The position numbers were made by a program, and so were the translations under genes. DNA of 63,050 nt, filler included, from Catajapyx aquilonaris (Eukaryota): assembly GCA_000934665.2 (NCBI GenBank). It is 4 parts of 4 records of this genome, joined end to end, with 100 filler letters (N's around TTAATTAATTAA, not from the genome) between each part and the next. Parts side by side here need not be neighbours in the genome. Positions count along the whole stretch, not along the records: positions 1 to 15,622 come from JYFJ02007444.1; positions 15,723 to 31,336 come from JYFJ02007445.1; 2 more parts are not named here. One strand, given 5' to 3'. Shown here piece after piece: positions 9,999-20,804 of the stretch (positions are counted from its first letter, which is position 1; the number at the start of each line of letters is the position of its first letter). Under the pieces are notes generated by a model. That model was not told where the DNA came from. It made no database searches and saw nothing but the letters and a program-made list of their open reading frames with translations.

Positions 9999-12733
9999 TA
10001 GTAAAATTTCTATAAGTCGAATCTCCATGGGACCAGGAAAAAACTTCGAGTTATAGAAGATTCGAGTTAGAGAAGTTTGCATTTTTTTAAAGCACATAAC
10101 TCTATATAGTCCAGGTGCTAAGGGACATATTTGACCCAAACTTTGCATTTTGTGACAAAAGTATGAAACTCGGTACACTTGTTCTTTGGACACTTCTGAT
10201 CATATCAGGACGTGGAGCCACGATGACCCACCCCGGTGGTGGTCCATTTCGCAGGGTTTCCATAACTACCAGATGCAGCATCCTTTTAGGACCTTGTATT
10301 GGGTGACAAAAACATGAAACTCGCCACAATTGGTCTTTGGACACTTCTGAACATGTCTGGATGTGGGGCCATGATGACTGACCCCGCTGTGGGTCACTTG
10401 CAGGGTTATCAGATCTAACGGACCAAACATACATCTCTGCGAAGATCATGTGAATTGGGAGCTTGCATTCGGTGATAAAAACGTGAAACTCGGTACGGTA
10501 GTTCTTTGAACACATCTCAACATATATGGACGTGGGGCCACGATGACCCACCCCGGTGGAGGGCACTATCATGGTGTTGCCAAATCTAACAGACTGTGCA
10601 ACATGCGTTTATATTTTGATAGGGAGCTTGCATTTGGTGACAAAGACGTGAAACTTGGGAGAATTGTTCTTTGGACACTTCCGAACATATCTGGACTTGG
10701 AGCCACGATGACCCACCCCGATGGAGGGCACTATAGCGGCGTTGCCATATCTGACAGACTGTGCAACATGCGTTTATATTTTGATAGGGAGCTTGCATTC
10801 GGTGACAAAGCCATAAAACTTGGTACGCTAGTTCTTTGGACACTTCCGAGCATATCTGGACGTGGAGCCACGATGACCCACCCCGAGGGAGGGCACTATC
10901 GCAGGGTTTCCATATCTAACAGAATGTGCAACATGTGTTTATATTTAAATAATGAGCGTGCATTCGGTGGGTCATCGTGGCTCCACGTCCAGATATGTTC
11001 GGAAGTGTCCAAAGAACTAACGTACCAAGTTTTATGGCTTTGTCAACGAATGCAAGCTCTATATTCATATGGAGAATTCCTAGGTTGCCCCGACTATATA
11101 CGGCAACGCCGCGATAGTGCCCTCCCTCGGGGTGGGTCATCGTGGCCCCACGTCCAGATATGTTCGGAAGTGTGCAAAGAACTAACGTACCAAGTATTAT
11201 GGCTTTGTCACCGAATGCAAGCTCATTATTCAAAAATAAACACATGTTGCACATTCTGTTAGATATGGCAACTCTGCGATAGTGCCCTCCCTCGGGGTGG
11301 GTCATCGTGGCTCCACGTCCAGATATGTTCGGACGTGTCCAAAGAACAATTCTAGCAAGTTTCACGTCTTTGTCACCAAATGCAAGCTCCCTATCAAAAT
11401 ATAAACGCATGTTGCACAGTCTGTTAGATTTGGCAACACCATGATAGTGCCCTCCACCGGGGTGGGTCATCGTGGCCCCACGTCCAGATATGTTCGGTAG
11501 TGTGCAAAGAACTATATTGTACCGAGTTTCACGTCTTCGCCACCGAATGCAAGCTCCCTATTCACATAGTTTACTTAGAGAGCCCATTAGATCTGGCAAC
11601 CCTGCGAGTGACCCCCAGTGGGGTCATCCATAGTGACCTCACTTACAGACATGTTCAGTAGTGTCCGAAGACCAATTGGGGCGAGTTTCATGTTTTAGCA
11701 GTTTATCACCGAAGGCAATGCCCTTATTCATGTAAAGGTGTGCAACACATGTTCGATTTGGCAACTCCGCGATAGTGACCCCTGGCGAGGCCACCAGGGG
11801 TCACCCACCGTGACCCCACGTCCAGATATGTTGAGATGTGTTCGAAGAACTACCGTACCGCGTTTCACGTTTTTATCACCGAATGCAGCAAGCTCCCAAT
11901 TCACATGATCCTCGCAGAGATGTATGTTTGGTCCGTTACATCTGGTAACCCTGCAAGTGACCCACAGCGGGGTCAGTCATCATGGCCCCACATCCAGACA
12001 TGTTCAGAAGTGTCCAAAGACCAATTGTGGCGAGTTTCATGTTTTTGTCACCCAATACAAGGTCCTAAAAGGATGCTGCATCTGGTAGTTATGGAAACCC
12101 TGCGAAATGGACCACCACCGGGGTGGGTCATCGTGGCTCCACGTCCAGATATGATCAGAAGTGTACAAAGAACAAGTGTACCGAGTTTCATACTTTTGTC
12201 ACAAAATGCAAAGTTCAACCCCTTAGCACCCGGACTAATAAGGAAGCCTACTTTTATATCCAGCGACGAAAGGTGTTCAAAACTTAAACAATAACTGTCA
12301 CTATCACACTTACAATGTTCCTCGTTGTTTTGTTGTAAAAAAATCTCCGTTATGGACACTTTGGCTACTCTAAGATTCAAGGATTCAATTGTCACAATCG
12401 AGGCAAACACTTCTTTCGGTACGTCTGGTAGACGGAGATCAGGTAATTGAGCCTTTCTGTACATGTGGCCTACTCTCGACCCTTCGGCTGGGAAATGAGA
12501 CAATTTTCCGTACTCGCCAACATGAACTTGGACTTAGGGAGACTGAGAATGCATTGATATCCCATCGTAAGGCCCTGCCTGCACTTCGAGTTATGGAGAA
12601 CTTCGAGTTATAGAAATTCGAGTTAGGGAAGTTTATTTCCTATTCTTTTACATTGCGACCAACCAAGCTCATCATTTTCTTCGACTTATAGAGAACTTCG
12701 ACTTAGGGAAGTCCGACCTCTAAAATTTTACTA
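9999..12733. mobile_element. Tigger/pogo-like MITE (same family as 51356-51880) split by a nested foldback element
   Basis: Left end TA|TAGTAAAATTTCTATAAGTCGAA; repeated TTCGAGTTA(T/G) motifs. 12240-12733 is the reverse complement of the contig-4 copy. Confidence 0.8.
10107..12237. mobile_element. Non-autonomous Academ-like foldback element built from ~165-bp tandem units in inverted arms
   Basis: Termini TAGTCCAGGTGCTAAGGG / CCCTTAGCACCCGGACTA and a 3-bp TSD ATA (10104-10106, 12238-12240), confirmed against the empty site in the contig-4 copy. Unit starts fall at 10543, 10708 and 10873; orientation flips at ~10967. Confidence 0.8.
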
Positions 12734-14046
12734 TTGGCTTTTTAGCCAGTGAAAAAGATCAAAGTACCGTATCTCAAAAGATTGTACCGAAGCATTGCAG
12801 TATGGACTCTTTTTGGTCCAGACATTGACAAAATATTCCCACTGAAAACACTGTTGACGTAGCGATTGGTTCCTGGAATCCTTTTTGGAATGAATTCTCC
12901 ACAAAAGAGGCAGAATCCAATGCAGTGTGGTTCGTTTTCTTCAATATTTATTTATGGTATTAATATTAGTAATTCGACTTTTCTGAAGAGTAGGATATAA
13001 TAAGAACTTTATAGTGTGCATAAAAAGCCAGTGAAATATTGTGAAAAAATTATACTATATGTTAGGAGAAAAGCCCACTTTTCCAAAAAAGCGGGGTTTC
13101 CCAGGGAAAAGGCTGGTTTTTCCGGCAGTGGGCAGGTTCGTATACAACACTACGTAGTATAGGGGCGCGATGACTAAAACTGCGGTCTACTAGAGAAAAT
13201 AGTTGTCTGCAAGAAGGCCTATGTAATCTGTAAATGCTCCCCCTAAAAGTAAAATACTGAATCCATTGGGGCAGCTAGCTTATAAGCCGTGTATTGGGAA
13301 CAAAGGCGGACAACATAGTTGGGCCCAGGTTGGGCCCAGGTTGGGCCACAGGGATTGGTGCAAAAGGTGTAGAAGCGGGACAGGGATTAGAGAGTAAATC
13401 CCCGGTGCCGCTATACATCCAGAACAATGAGGTCCCAAATCAGTCCGGTTTGGGAACAGGGGGGCTTGCACCCCAACAAAACCCATCTGGCCTTTCTTGT
13501 ACCCGCACCACCAAAACTCTACAAAAGATTTTCCCAAAGCGGTTGTGTAGCCGCAGACAGACAGAAACAGCGGATTGAGCTTCAGTGTTGGAACCAGTTG
13601 GAACATGCGTACGGAATGGACCTTTTCCATGGATGAGTGTCATCATCATTCTGTATGAATGAACAGGAGATAAGCCCTGCCCCCCTGAGTCTCCTTATCT
13701 GCTTTGAATAAGCAAGCCCTTCACTTGGAAGACTGGCCGCTGGCTGTCCTACCTGTATTTCTTCAGTTAAAAGCCTCGATCGTCTTCACATGACCGTGGT
13801 CTTGACTCATCATGACGATAAGGTCGCATGGCCCTACCACAATGTGCATGTGGCTTTTTGCTGTATGGAGGCATGGTGCTGGTTGCTCCTTTTCCCCCCT
13901 GATGATGTCATTATTTTGTGTAGAGTTACTGGCCAGTGTGTGTGACTATGGGCAAGGGCACGAAGGTCAGTCAATTCCTTTTATTGTATCTGGGCACATA
14001 TTTCGGGGCATTTTCTGCTCAGCATTTCTTCGAAAACAAACCGGCG

Positions 14047-15284
14047 CACAGTGATCTAGATTCGGAAAACCCCGGTCAAAATCAGAATTTTTTAATTTGT
14101 AGTATGATATTCCCATTCATGCCTGCATAATCAATGATAATGGAGCTATACTCTGGCCTATAGTTTGTTCCTGAAAAAAAAGTTATTCGGCAGCGCGGAG
14201 GCATTTAAATTTGGGGGTAATCGTTGTTCTGAATAGACATGCACGGCAGGCCTATTTTAACCATTTGCTAAATGTTCTGAAACATATGTCAACGGTAATT
14301 TTGGTTACACTGTGTTGTAGAGTATACATTTACTTGCAAAATTGTTCATATTTCATTTTTGTAAATTATAAACTTAATGATTAAATCGAATTTTGGTATA
14401 GCAGTTCAAATGTGTCGTTTCAAAAATTAAATCGAGTCATACAAAAAAAATGGACAAAAAAGGACATTTTCATTTTTGGTGCGTAATGTGCGAAATAGTG
14501 TGTAGGTGAAGGGTCAACAAAGTCCAGCTGCTAAAATCTGATAATTTTATCGTAATTCGTAATTTTCGCCGTGGCGGTATTTCCACCCTCGCGCTCGAGC
14601 TAATGCCTGAAACAAATAGTGCACGGGCTGGAGTCCAGTGACGGGAAGGGGGGAGAAATTCGAAGTGTGGTCAAACTGACAAGTGACACATTGATACCTG
14701 TTGATATCGTAGGCTACATTACTTCCTATGTTTCCTCGAGAGATGAGGGAATATTATTTTGGTGTGCGTGCGAGTGAAAGGCAAGTCTTGAGGAACTAAT
14801 CATCTACTACACGGTAGTTTATTTTCGGAGCTGGTTATACAGAATGGTGGGCGGCTAATTTGTACCTTGATTAGGCCTATATATTGAATAGTATTTTTAT
14901 TAATTTTAACTTTGTAGTAAGTTGTCAACTGAATTTAAAAATGGGATCTGGGGTATATCGTTCGTCTTTTGTTTTTCTCCCCCTCTCGTGATTTTTGCGT
15001 CATCAACATACCTACACAAATTTACATAGACTGAGCTTAAAAAGTGAGCAAAAGGCATCTTTGTAACTTTTACATTTTCCTAAGAAAATAGACGTAAAGA
15101 TTCAACCCCTTTTTGCCCCCTATTATTTTGTCCAATCCCTGTATGTGAACATCTGGCAATAATTTGACAATTTTGACTTCAAATTCGTACTCGGCGACTA
15201 GGAAAACCCCTAAACACTCATTTTTATCCTTCTAGGATGATAACTATAATTGTGACCAGGGTTTTCCGAATCTAGATCACTGTG
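14047..15284. mobile_element. Non-autonomous Transib-like DNA transposon
   Basis: 36-bp TIRs (34/36 match) beginning CACAGTG, perfect GC-rich 5-bp TSD CGGCG (14042-14046, 15285-15289), no transposase ORF. Confidence 0.88.
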
Positions 15285-15622
15285 CGGCGGCGCTTTGAGT
15301 ATGATATTTTCCTTGTTACCATCCAGTAGAAACCCACCGCATTATGTTATCGGACGGATTTACGTGTTAAAACCTGTATTCGAAACAAATTTTCTTGGAC
15401 GCTTAACTCCGAAGAAAGTTATAATAAATTATGTGCGTGCAGCCCACACAATGAATGACAGGTGTCTGAATAATTAAGGTCTGAACTCATATCGACTTGA
15501 AACTACGACTTGGGCGTCAAAGTCGGACTTGTGCGTGAAATTCGTACTTTTGCGTGCGTTGGAACGCCGTTTCTGCATCCGTGTAGGCCTCTTGTTGACA
15601 TTGGTTGACCGTGGTTGCCATT

Positions 15623-15722
15623 NNNNNNNNNNNNNNNNNNNNNNNNNNNNNNNNNNNNNNNNNNNNTTAATTAATTAANNNNNNNNNNNNNNNNNNNNNN
15701 NNNNNNNNNNNNNNNNNNNNNN
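15623..15722. other. Artificial contig linker N44-TTAATTAATTAA-N44
   Basis: The same 100-nt spacer with stops in all six frames occurs three times in the window. Confidence 0.98.
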
Positions 15723-15954
15723 TCTGGGTGTCGTCCCGATGGTCGAGTCTCGACCCTATGACGGCTTGGGTTCGATTCGGAAGCGAACGGGTGGTCCGCC
15801 CCTGTGCGGACCACGATGAAGGGGACTTAGAGTGATGATATAGGCCCTATGTGGGGCCCGGGGTTTAAGGACCTACATGGTCTGGAATAACCCCGTTAAT
15901 ATCTGACTAAGGTACTTGTATCTTACCACAGCTTCAAAATACAAAAATGGTTTG

Positions 15955-17782
15955 ACCTAATGGATTTCAATACATTGATGTGCAGGGGAAGGAACTTGCC
16001 CTGGAAATAACTATTACCAGATTTGACCAAGTGGTCCAACTACCTTTTTACAAATGGTCATTAACAAAATAGTTTCATTTACCCAATGACAAATTGGCAG
16101 CAACCTGTCCCTGAGAAAAGGTATTTCAGTCTGACATACGAAAGTGACAACAAACGCTGCGCACACTGGCATTAACTTTGCAAAGGAGGATTTTGCAGCA
16201 GCATTTAGCTTGCTCAGCACTGCATAAAATTTGAATATTTTCCATGGTGCAAATATTTTTTTTACACCTATAGGACAAAATAATCTTCCATGCAATGCCT
16301 CCCCAATCTGAAATCATAATTTGTCCCTAGTTCCAAACAACAGATTCTCTCCCACATGACCTTTCAGCGAGATGAACATGAAGTATTTGTAAGGAATCTT
16401 GTAACTTACTTATGAACACCCACAACATGGACAGCACCAAATGGCACCCCTTGTCACTCTCATGCAGTTTGCTGCAGGGTTTCATAAACAGAGTAGGTGG
16501 TGGTTTTTGCACCCTCTCTTTGGTTCAACATTACTGACTCCTTTGTAAAAAAATAAAGAACTTCTCACATAATACAGAAGTACGGTACATTTGTATCCTA
16601 CTTTAATACAAACTTGCTGATGTTGAAATTTTTCTGGGTCACACGGTGAAAAACGAAAAAATGCCAGAATAATATAAATTATGGAATAAATCAATTAAAA
16701 TGGACAACGTGGATAAAACATTAATGTCTGTCCATGAAGGGATGAAAGAGGCCACAAGGCAGACCGCATCATCCCATGCACAGGCATCCCTGATGAATAA
16801 TATTAAATTTGTGATTAATCAACAAGCACAGCACTAGCAGAATATTGATGATAGTGCAGAAAACCTGCAAAGTTTGCTTGTAATGAACTGAACTCTGGAT
16901 TCGTGTCGTAACAACCTAATACCACCCACCTCGATTAATCTCAAGGTCTTGAGGACCAATTTGAGCAGCATTATGATAAACACTCCGCAAAATAACTACC
17001 CTTTACAATATATTGCATTAGACCAAAATTCACAGCAGTTCAGTTAAAAATTGCAATCAGACCTAACGGATATCCCGTAATATGCACTCACGGGTTCTGT
17101 GTGCTGTAATAACACTGGGGTAAAATTTTCGTCCCACTGCCAGCTTAGCAGTAACACTGGCACTGCTAACAAGTAAGTTAGCAGTTAGAGACCACAGCCA
17201 AATATTTTATCCCTGAGAACCCCGCAGCCACCATCATAATTATGAAGAAGAGAGAAACAGAGTGAATTGTAAAGCCCTCTTGTTGTACCTGGAGATATAA
17301 TGTCAACCAACGGAAAAGGAACCAGGACAACAGTATTGTCAAGTGTCCCTCGAATCAAGAGATTGGTGCTGGAATAATTTTGGTACAGTAAGGTAAAGTA
17401 ACACTTTCAACTGTTGTCATCTATACAACTTGGTCAGCAGGAGATGTCAGATTTGATCATAAGATGTCAAGGTAGTGAACAGTCTTCACTAACTGAGACT
17501 AAATGGTTGCGATTCCGGCCCAGGTGGTTTCCAACTTTCCTCCTGTCAGATTTGTGCACAACTATATGATACAGGGTGGCAACAAGAAAGAGACACATGT
17601 TTGATGAGCACTTATTGTCATGGATTACTAAAAAAACATCATGTTGTCTTCCTAAAATTCAGAAGGACACACGTTCACTGGAGAACAAACTGATAACAGA
17701 TGCAAGCATGAAGACTAATATAAATTTAATAGTCATCATTCCTTTTATTATTAGTATATTACTCACAATAATTATCCAATAA
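15955..17782 (+). pseudogene. Decayed env / class I fusion glycoprotein-like sequence
   Basis: Fragments in order: KQSR|WWFLHPLFGS (cleavage site plus fusion-peptide-like), a helical stretch, LDSCRNNLIPPTSINLKVLRTNL, Cys-containing segments, and a C-terminal hydrophobic run LIVIIPFIISILLTIII. Many stops and frameshifts. Confidence 0.4.
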
Positions 17783-17934
17783 TTAGGCAACACAAAACAA
17801 TGGAAACCTCCGGGAGTGCGGTATAGTACAACAAATGATTTCCCCAGTAGCGACGGTCCAACCGGAATGTGCATCTAGTGTGCCGTTCGCCAAGACATTG
17901 TTGAAAGATCATAAGCTAACCCTGGTTGGTACCA

Positions 17935-18172
17935 CCATAAAACCAGTTGGACCCAGCGCGGCCAACGGAGCCTGGTCCGACGTGCCCCCAATATAATAAC
18001 ACTCGCGCAATGTCACAAGCACACGGGACAGACGGCTTTACTTCCCCTCCGAAGGAAGGCGCACTCTCGCTTTTCTACCACCAGGAGAAAAGTCACCAAC
18101 CTTGGCCTGGTTCGAACCCACAACTTTGGGACCAGAGGCAAGCGCGCTAACCACCAGTCCACCGGCGTCGGC
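17935..18172 (-). mobile_element. tRNA-derived SINE
   Basis: The minus strand starts GCCGACGCCGGTGGACTGGTGGTTAGCGCG (A box), has B box GGTTCGAACC, then CCTTCGGAGGGGAAGTAAAGCCGTC, resembling a conserved metazoan SINE central domain. The 3' end is approximate. Confidence 0.75.
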
Positions 18173-19973
18173 TATATCAACACCACCATGATAAATCACA
18201 TGCAGCCGTCATAAACTGCTACTAGCACATTATAAGGTGATAAAGTTCAACAAGATTGCCAATCACAATTTAAACATTAACATCAATAATAATTGAAAGG
18301 AAACTATGCGATAGACTAAAATCGTGCAAATGGACCTGATGGAAAACTATTCATTTTGATGAAAAAATCATCCTAAGAACAATTTCCTTACGGTCAACTC
18401 TTAACAGTTAAAGTTGCAGTAAAACTGATCACATTTTGTACCAAAAACGAGTGGCATTAATAAGCGCACCACAATACACCGCAAGTGTAGTACCAGTTGC
18501 TCTGAGTCCTTCAAATGTACTCTGTTACATTACTCACAAGTCCAAGGACGCAAGGAGTAACCACAACTGAAAATAATCCAACCTCAAATTCAACACCATG
18601 AAAGATGGTCCACACAAAATACCAACTGACGACTCCGACCGATGTAGCCCAGAAGATCAACATCATCCTACAACCGCAGCAACGAGAGTAGAAGAAAAAT
18701 TCAACGAACGTACTAAGTACCGAACCCACTGCATGTGCGGACAGAAACATTGAGAATATCCAGCTAGGCCTTATTGTTCCATTGCCGCCCCAATCACCCC
18801 TGTGAATACCCCTTTTGGATCAGACCTGTTCCAGCAGATGCTTGGGCGAGTACTGGGTCCACCTCAGTGCTGGAAGGAAGGGAGAGCGGGGTGGGACCCA
18901 GGGGGTGAGACCGTGGGCCAGACGCACTTGAAATGTTTGTGGGAAGGGAAGGGCAGAGGGGGTGGGTATGGGAAGAGAGTCTGAAGATGAAAGGCCGCCT
19001 CTTCTTTGTTCCTTGGGAAGAGTGGGTAACAGCGCCTGACGCTCTGGTGGCGGCGGCGCTCAACAAGCTCAGTTCCTTTACCGGCCGCGTGTGGCGTCAG
19101 GCGCTGATACCCTCTCTACATGAGTAGAAGGGAGGGAAGTGGGTGGTGGGCTAACAACCGCGGGTGGTGGGAGGAAAACGGCGTCGGTTGGAAGAGGGGT
19201 GTAGCTGCAGCCTGCAGGGCCAGGGTCTGGAGCTGTGGACCAGGGGCAGACCGCCTCGGGGCCACCTGGAAGGCAAAGCCCCTGGTGGATAGTAAGAGGC
19301 AGGCGAACGGGTGGACACCTGTCTTCCATACGTTCCTTTCCGCTCTTCGCCTCTCCATGTTGTTCCATCAACCATGTTGTTCCAATCCAAACAAGAAGAA
19401 GGGAAGGTGGTATTGCGGGGAAGGTCTTGTTATAGTTATTCAGTGCTGGTATAAGAAATAGACTGCGTTGATTCAGTACTGTAGTTTGCATGTGTCGCTG
19501 GCTGTCGTGGCTTTTCTTGGAAAGAAAGAGGAGGAGATGTGACTAATGAGGAGTCAAAAGCGTCGAATTTCTTACTGTGATTTGAAGAAGCTGGCGTCAT
19601 CTGCCTGTTAAGTCCATCAGGATGGAGATATAAGGTCAAAATGGATTGATAATGGGGATTGCATATGTCGTGCCTTTCAGGCAGTGTAAGGAGAAAAAGT
19701 TTATTATTTCCGCCATTTTGTCCCCTCTTGTCAGTGCTCTCTGACTTGTACTGTACAAGGCAACATGTTTGTTGGTAGGATGCTACCTCGTAAAGCAGAA
19801 GTAACTTAGAAAGGCAATACAGGCAAAATATATGAGAGTTATGCAGTGCGATTGAGATATTGGTGAAAGAAATGTCTGCACCTGTGAGATAATTTTCAAA
19901 GGTTAAATTCAGTTCAAATGCAACATGCATTTAAATGATTAAGTTAAATCATAAAGACCACAGGTTACCTGAA

Positions 19974-20034
19974 TCAGGGCTTGGCGTATAGCCACTGCTG
20001 CTGTTGCGCCATTAAACCATCAATCAATCAATCA
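19974..20034 (+). mobile_element. Extremely 5'-truncated LINE 3' tail
   Basis: GCGCCATTAAACC followed by a (ATCA)n tail, flanked by a 7-bp direct repeat ACCTGAA (19967-19973, 20035-20041). Confidence 0.65.
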
Positions 20035-20804
20035 ACCTGAAGCAGTGCATGCTTATGGTACACATATATACCTTCCAGTCCATGGATCCACTGCTCTCCT
20101 CGGCTTTGGATCACCTCTCTTCCCCCAGGATGGCTCCCAGCTGGTCAAGGAATGCCATCTTCTTCTGCGACGTCCAATCCGTCCTTGTGGTTCTGATATC
20201 CAAACACTTCTGACACCAATTTGTAGTGACCCACGTTAACACACGAGGTCAGGAATGACAATAATCCAGGAACTCTATTCAGGAACAGACTATCAAAATC
20301 ACGGTCACTGGCGAATGATGATGTAGAAGGTTGGTGCATTTGGTTGTATGACAGCTGCTGCTACCTAACTTGAGCATGAATTTATAGGTTACCAGCAGTT
20401 ATTATATGCGGCTTAAATGTGGAAGGTAATGCTTAGCAACTGATGCACCTGTACATTCGTTTGTTACCAACTAGTAGTGTCGTTTTGATTCCTTGAAACT
20501 AGTGTTAAAAGTACTCATCCCTGCAAAAGAATGTCGCAAGAGGTCGATTACAATATAGTCATGTGGATGCCAAAAAGAAAGGCCAAATAGATAATACTAA
20601 TCCTGTCGAAGCTCACACCGAGGTGTATTCTATTCGTAAGAAGCCTGAAATAAAATTACCATTTTTTTTGTGGTACTACTGATTTTCTACAACTATTTCT
20701 AAAGAAAAATATTGTATGCCAGCCAGATAGATTTGGAGAAGAAAAAAAAATGTGAAGCGAAGTAGTCAATCTTTGATGATAAGTATTTGGCCAGGCAGCA
20801 TATA

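Noticed and set aside
10543..11470. Repeat-protein-looking ORFs (MTHPGGGHY... 55-aa units) on both strands
   Set aside because: By-product of a 165-bp (multiple of 3) DNA repeat in an inverted-arm element; outer units break frame and no known domain is recognisable.
15623..15722. TTAATTAATTAA palindrome within N runs (also at 31337-31436 and 47336-47435)
   Set aside because: Artificial six-frame-stop linker. No biological meaning, and no gene-neighbourhood inference can be made across it.
15723..15900. B-box-like GGTTCGATTC with small hairpins (possible tRNA, ribozyme or SINE)
   Set aside because: No cloverleaf or ribozyme core could be built, and the sequence is truncated at the contig start.
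18100..18172. tRNA gene on the minus strand
   Set aside because: A and B boxes are present, but there is no full cloverleaf and it continues into a SINE body.
18780..19640. GC-rich block with several overlapping Pro-rich ORFs
   Set aside because: No recognisable domain or splice pattern; probably a decayed retroelement segment.
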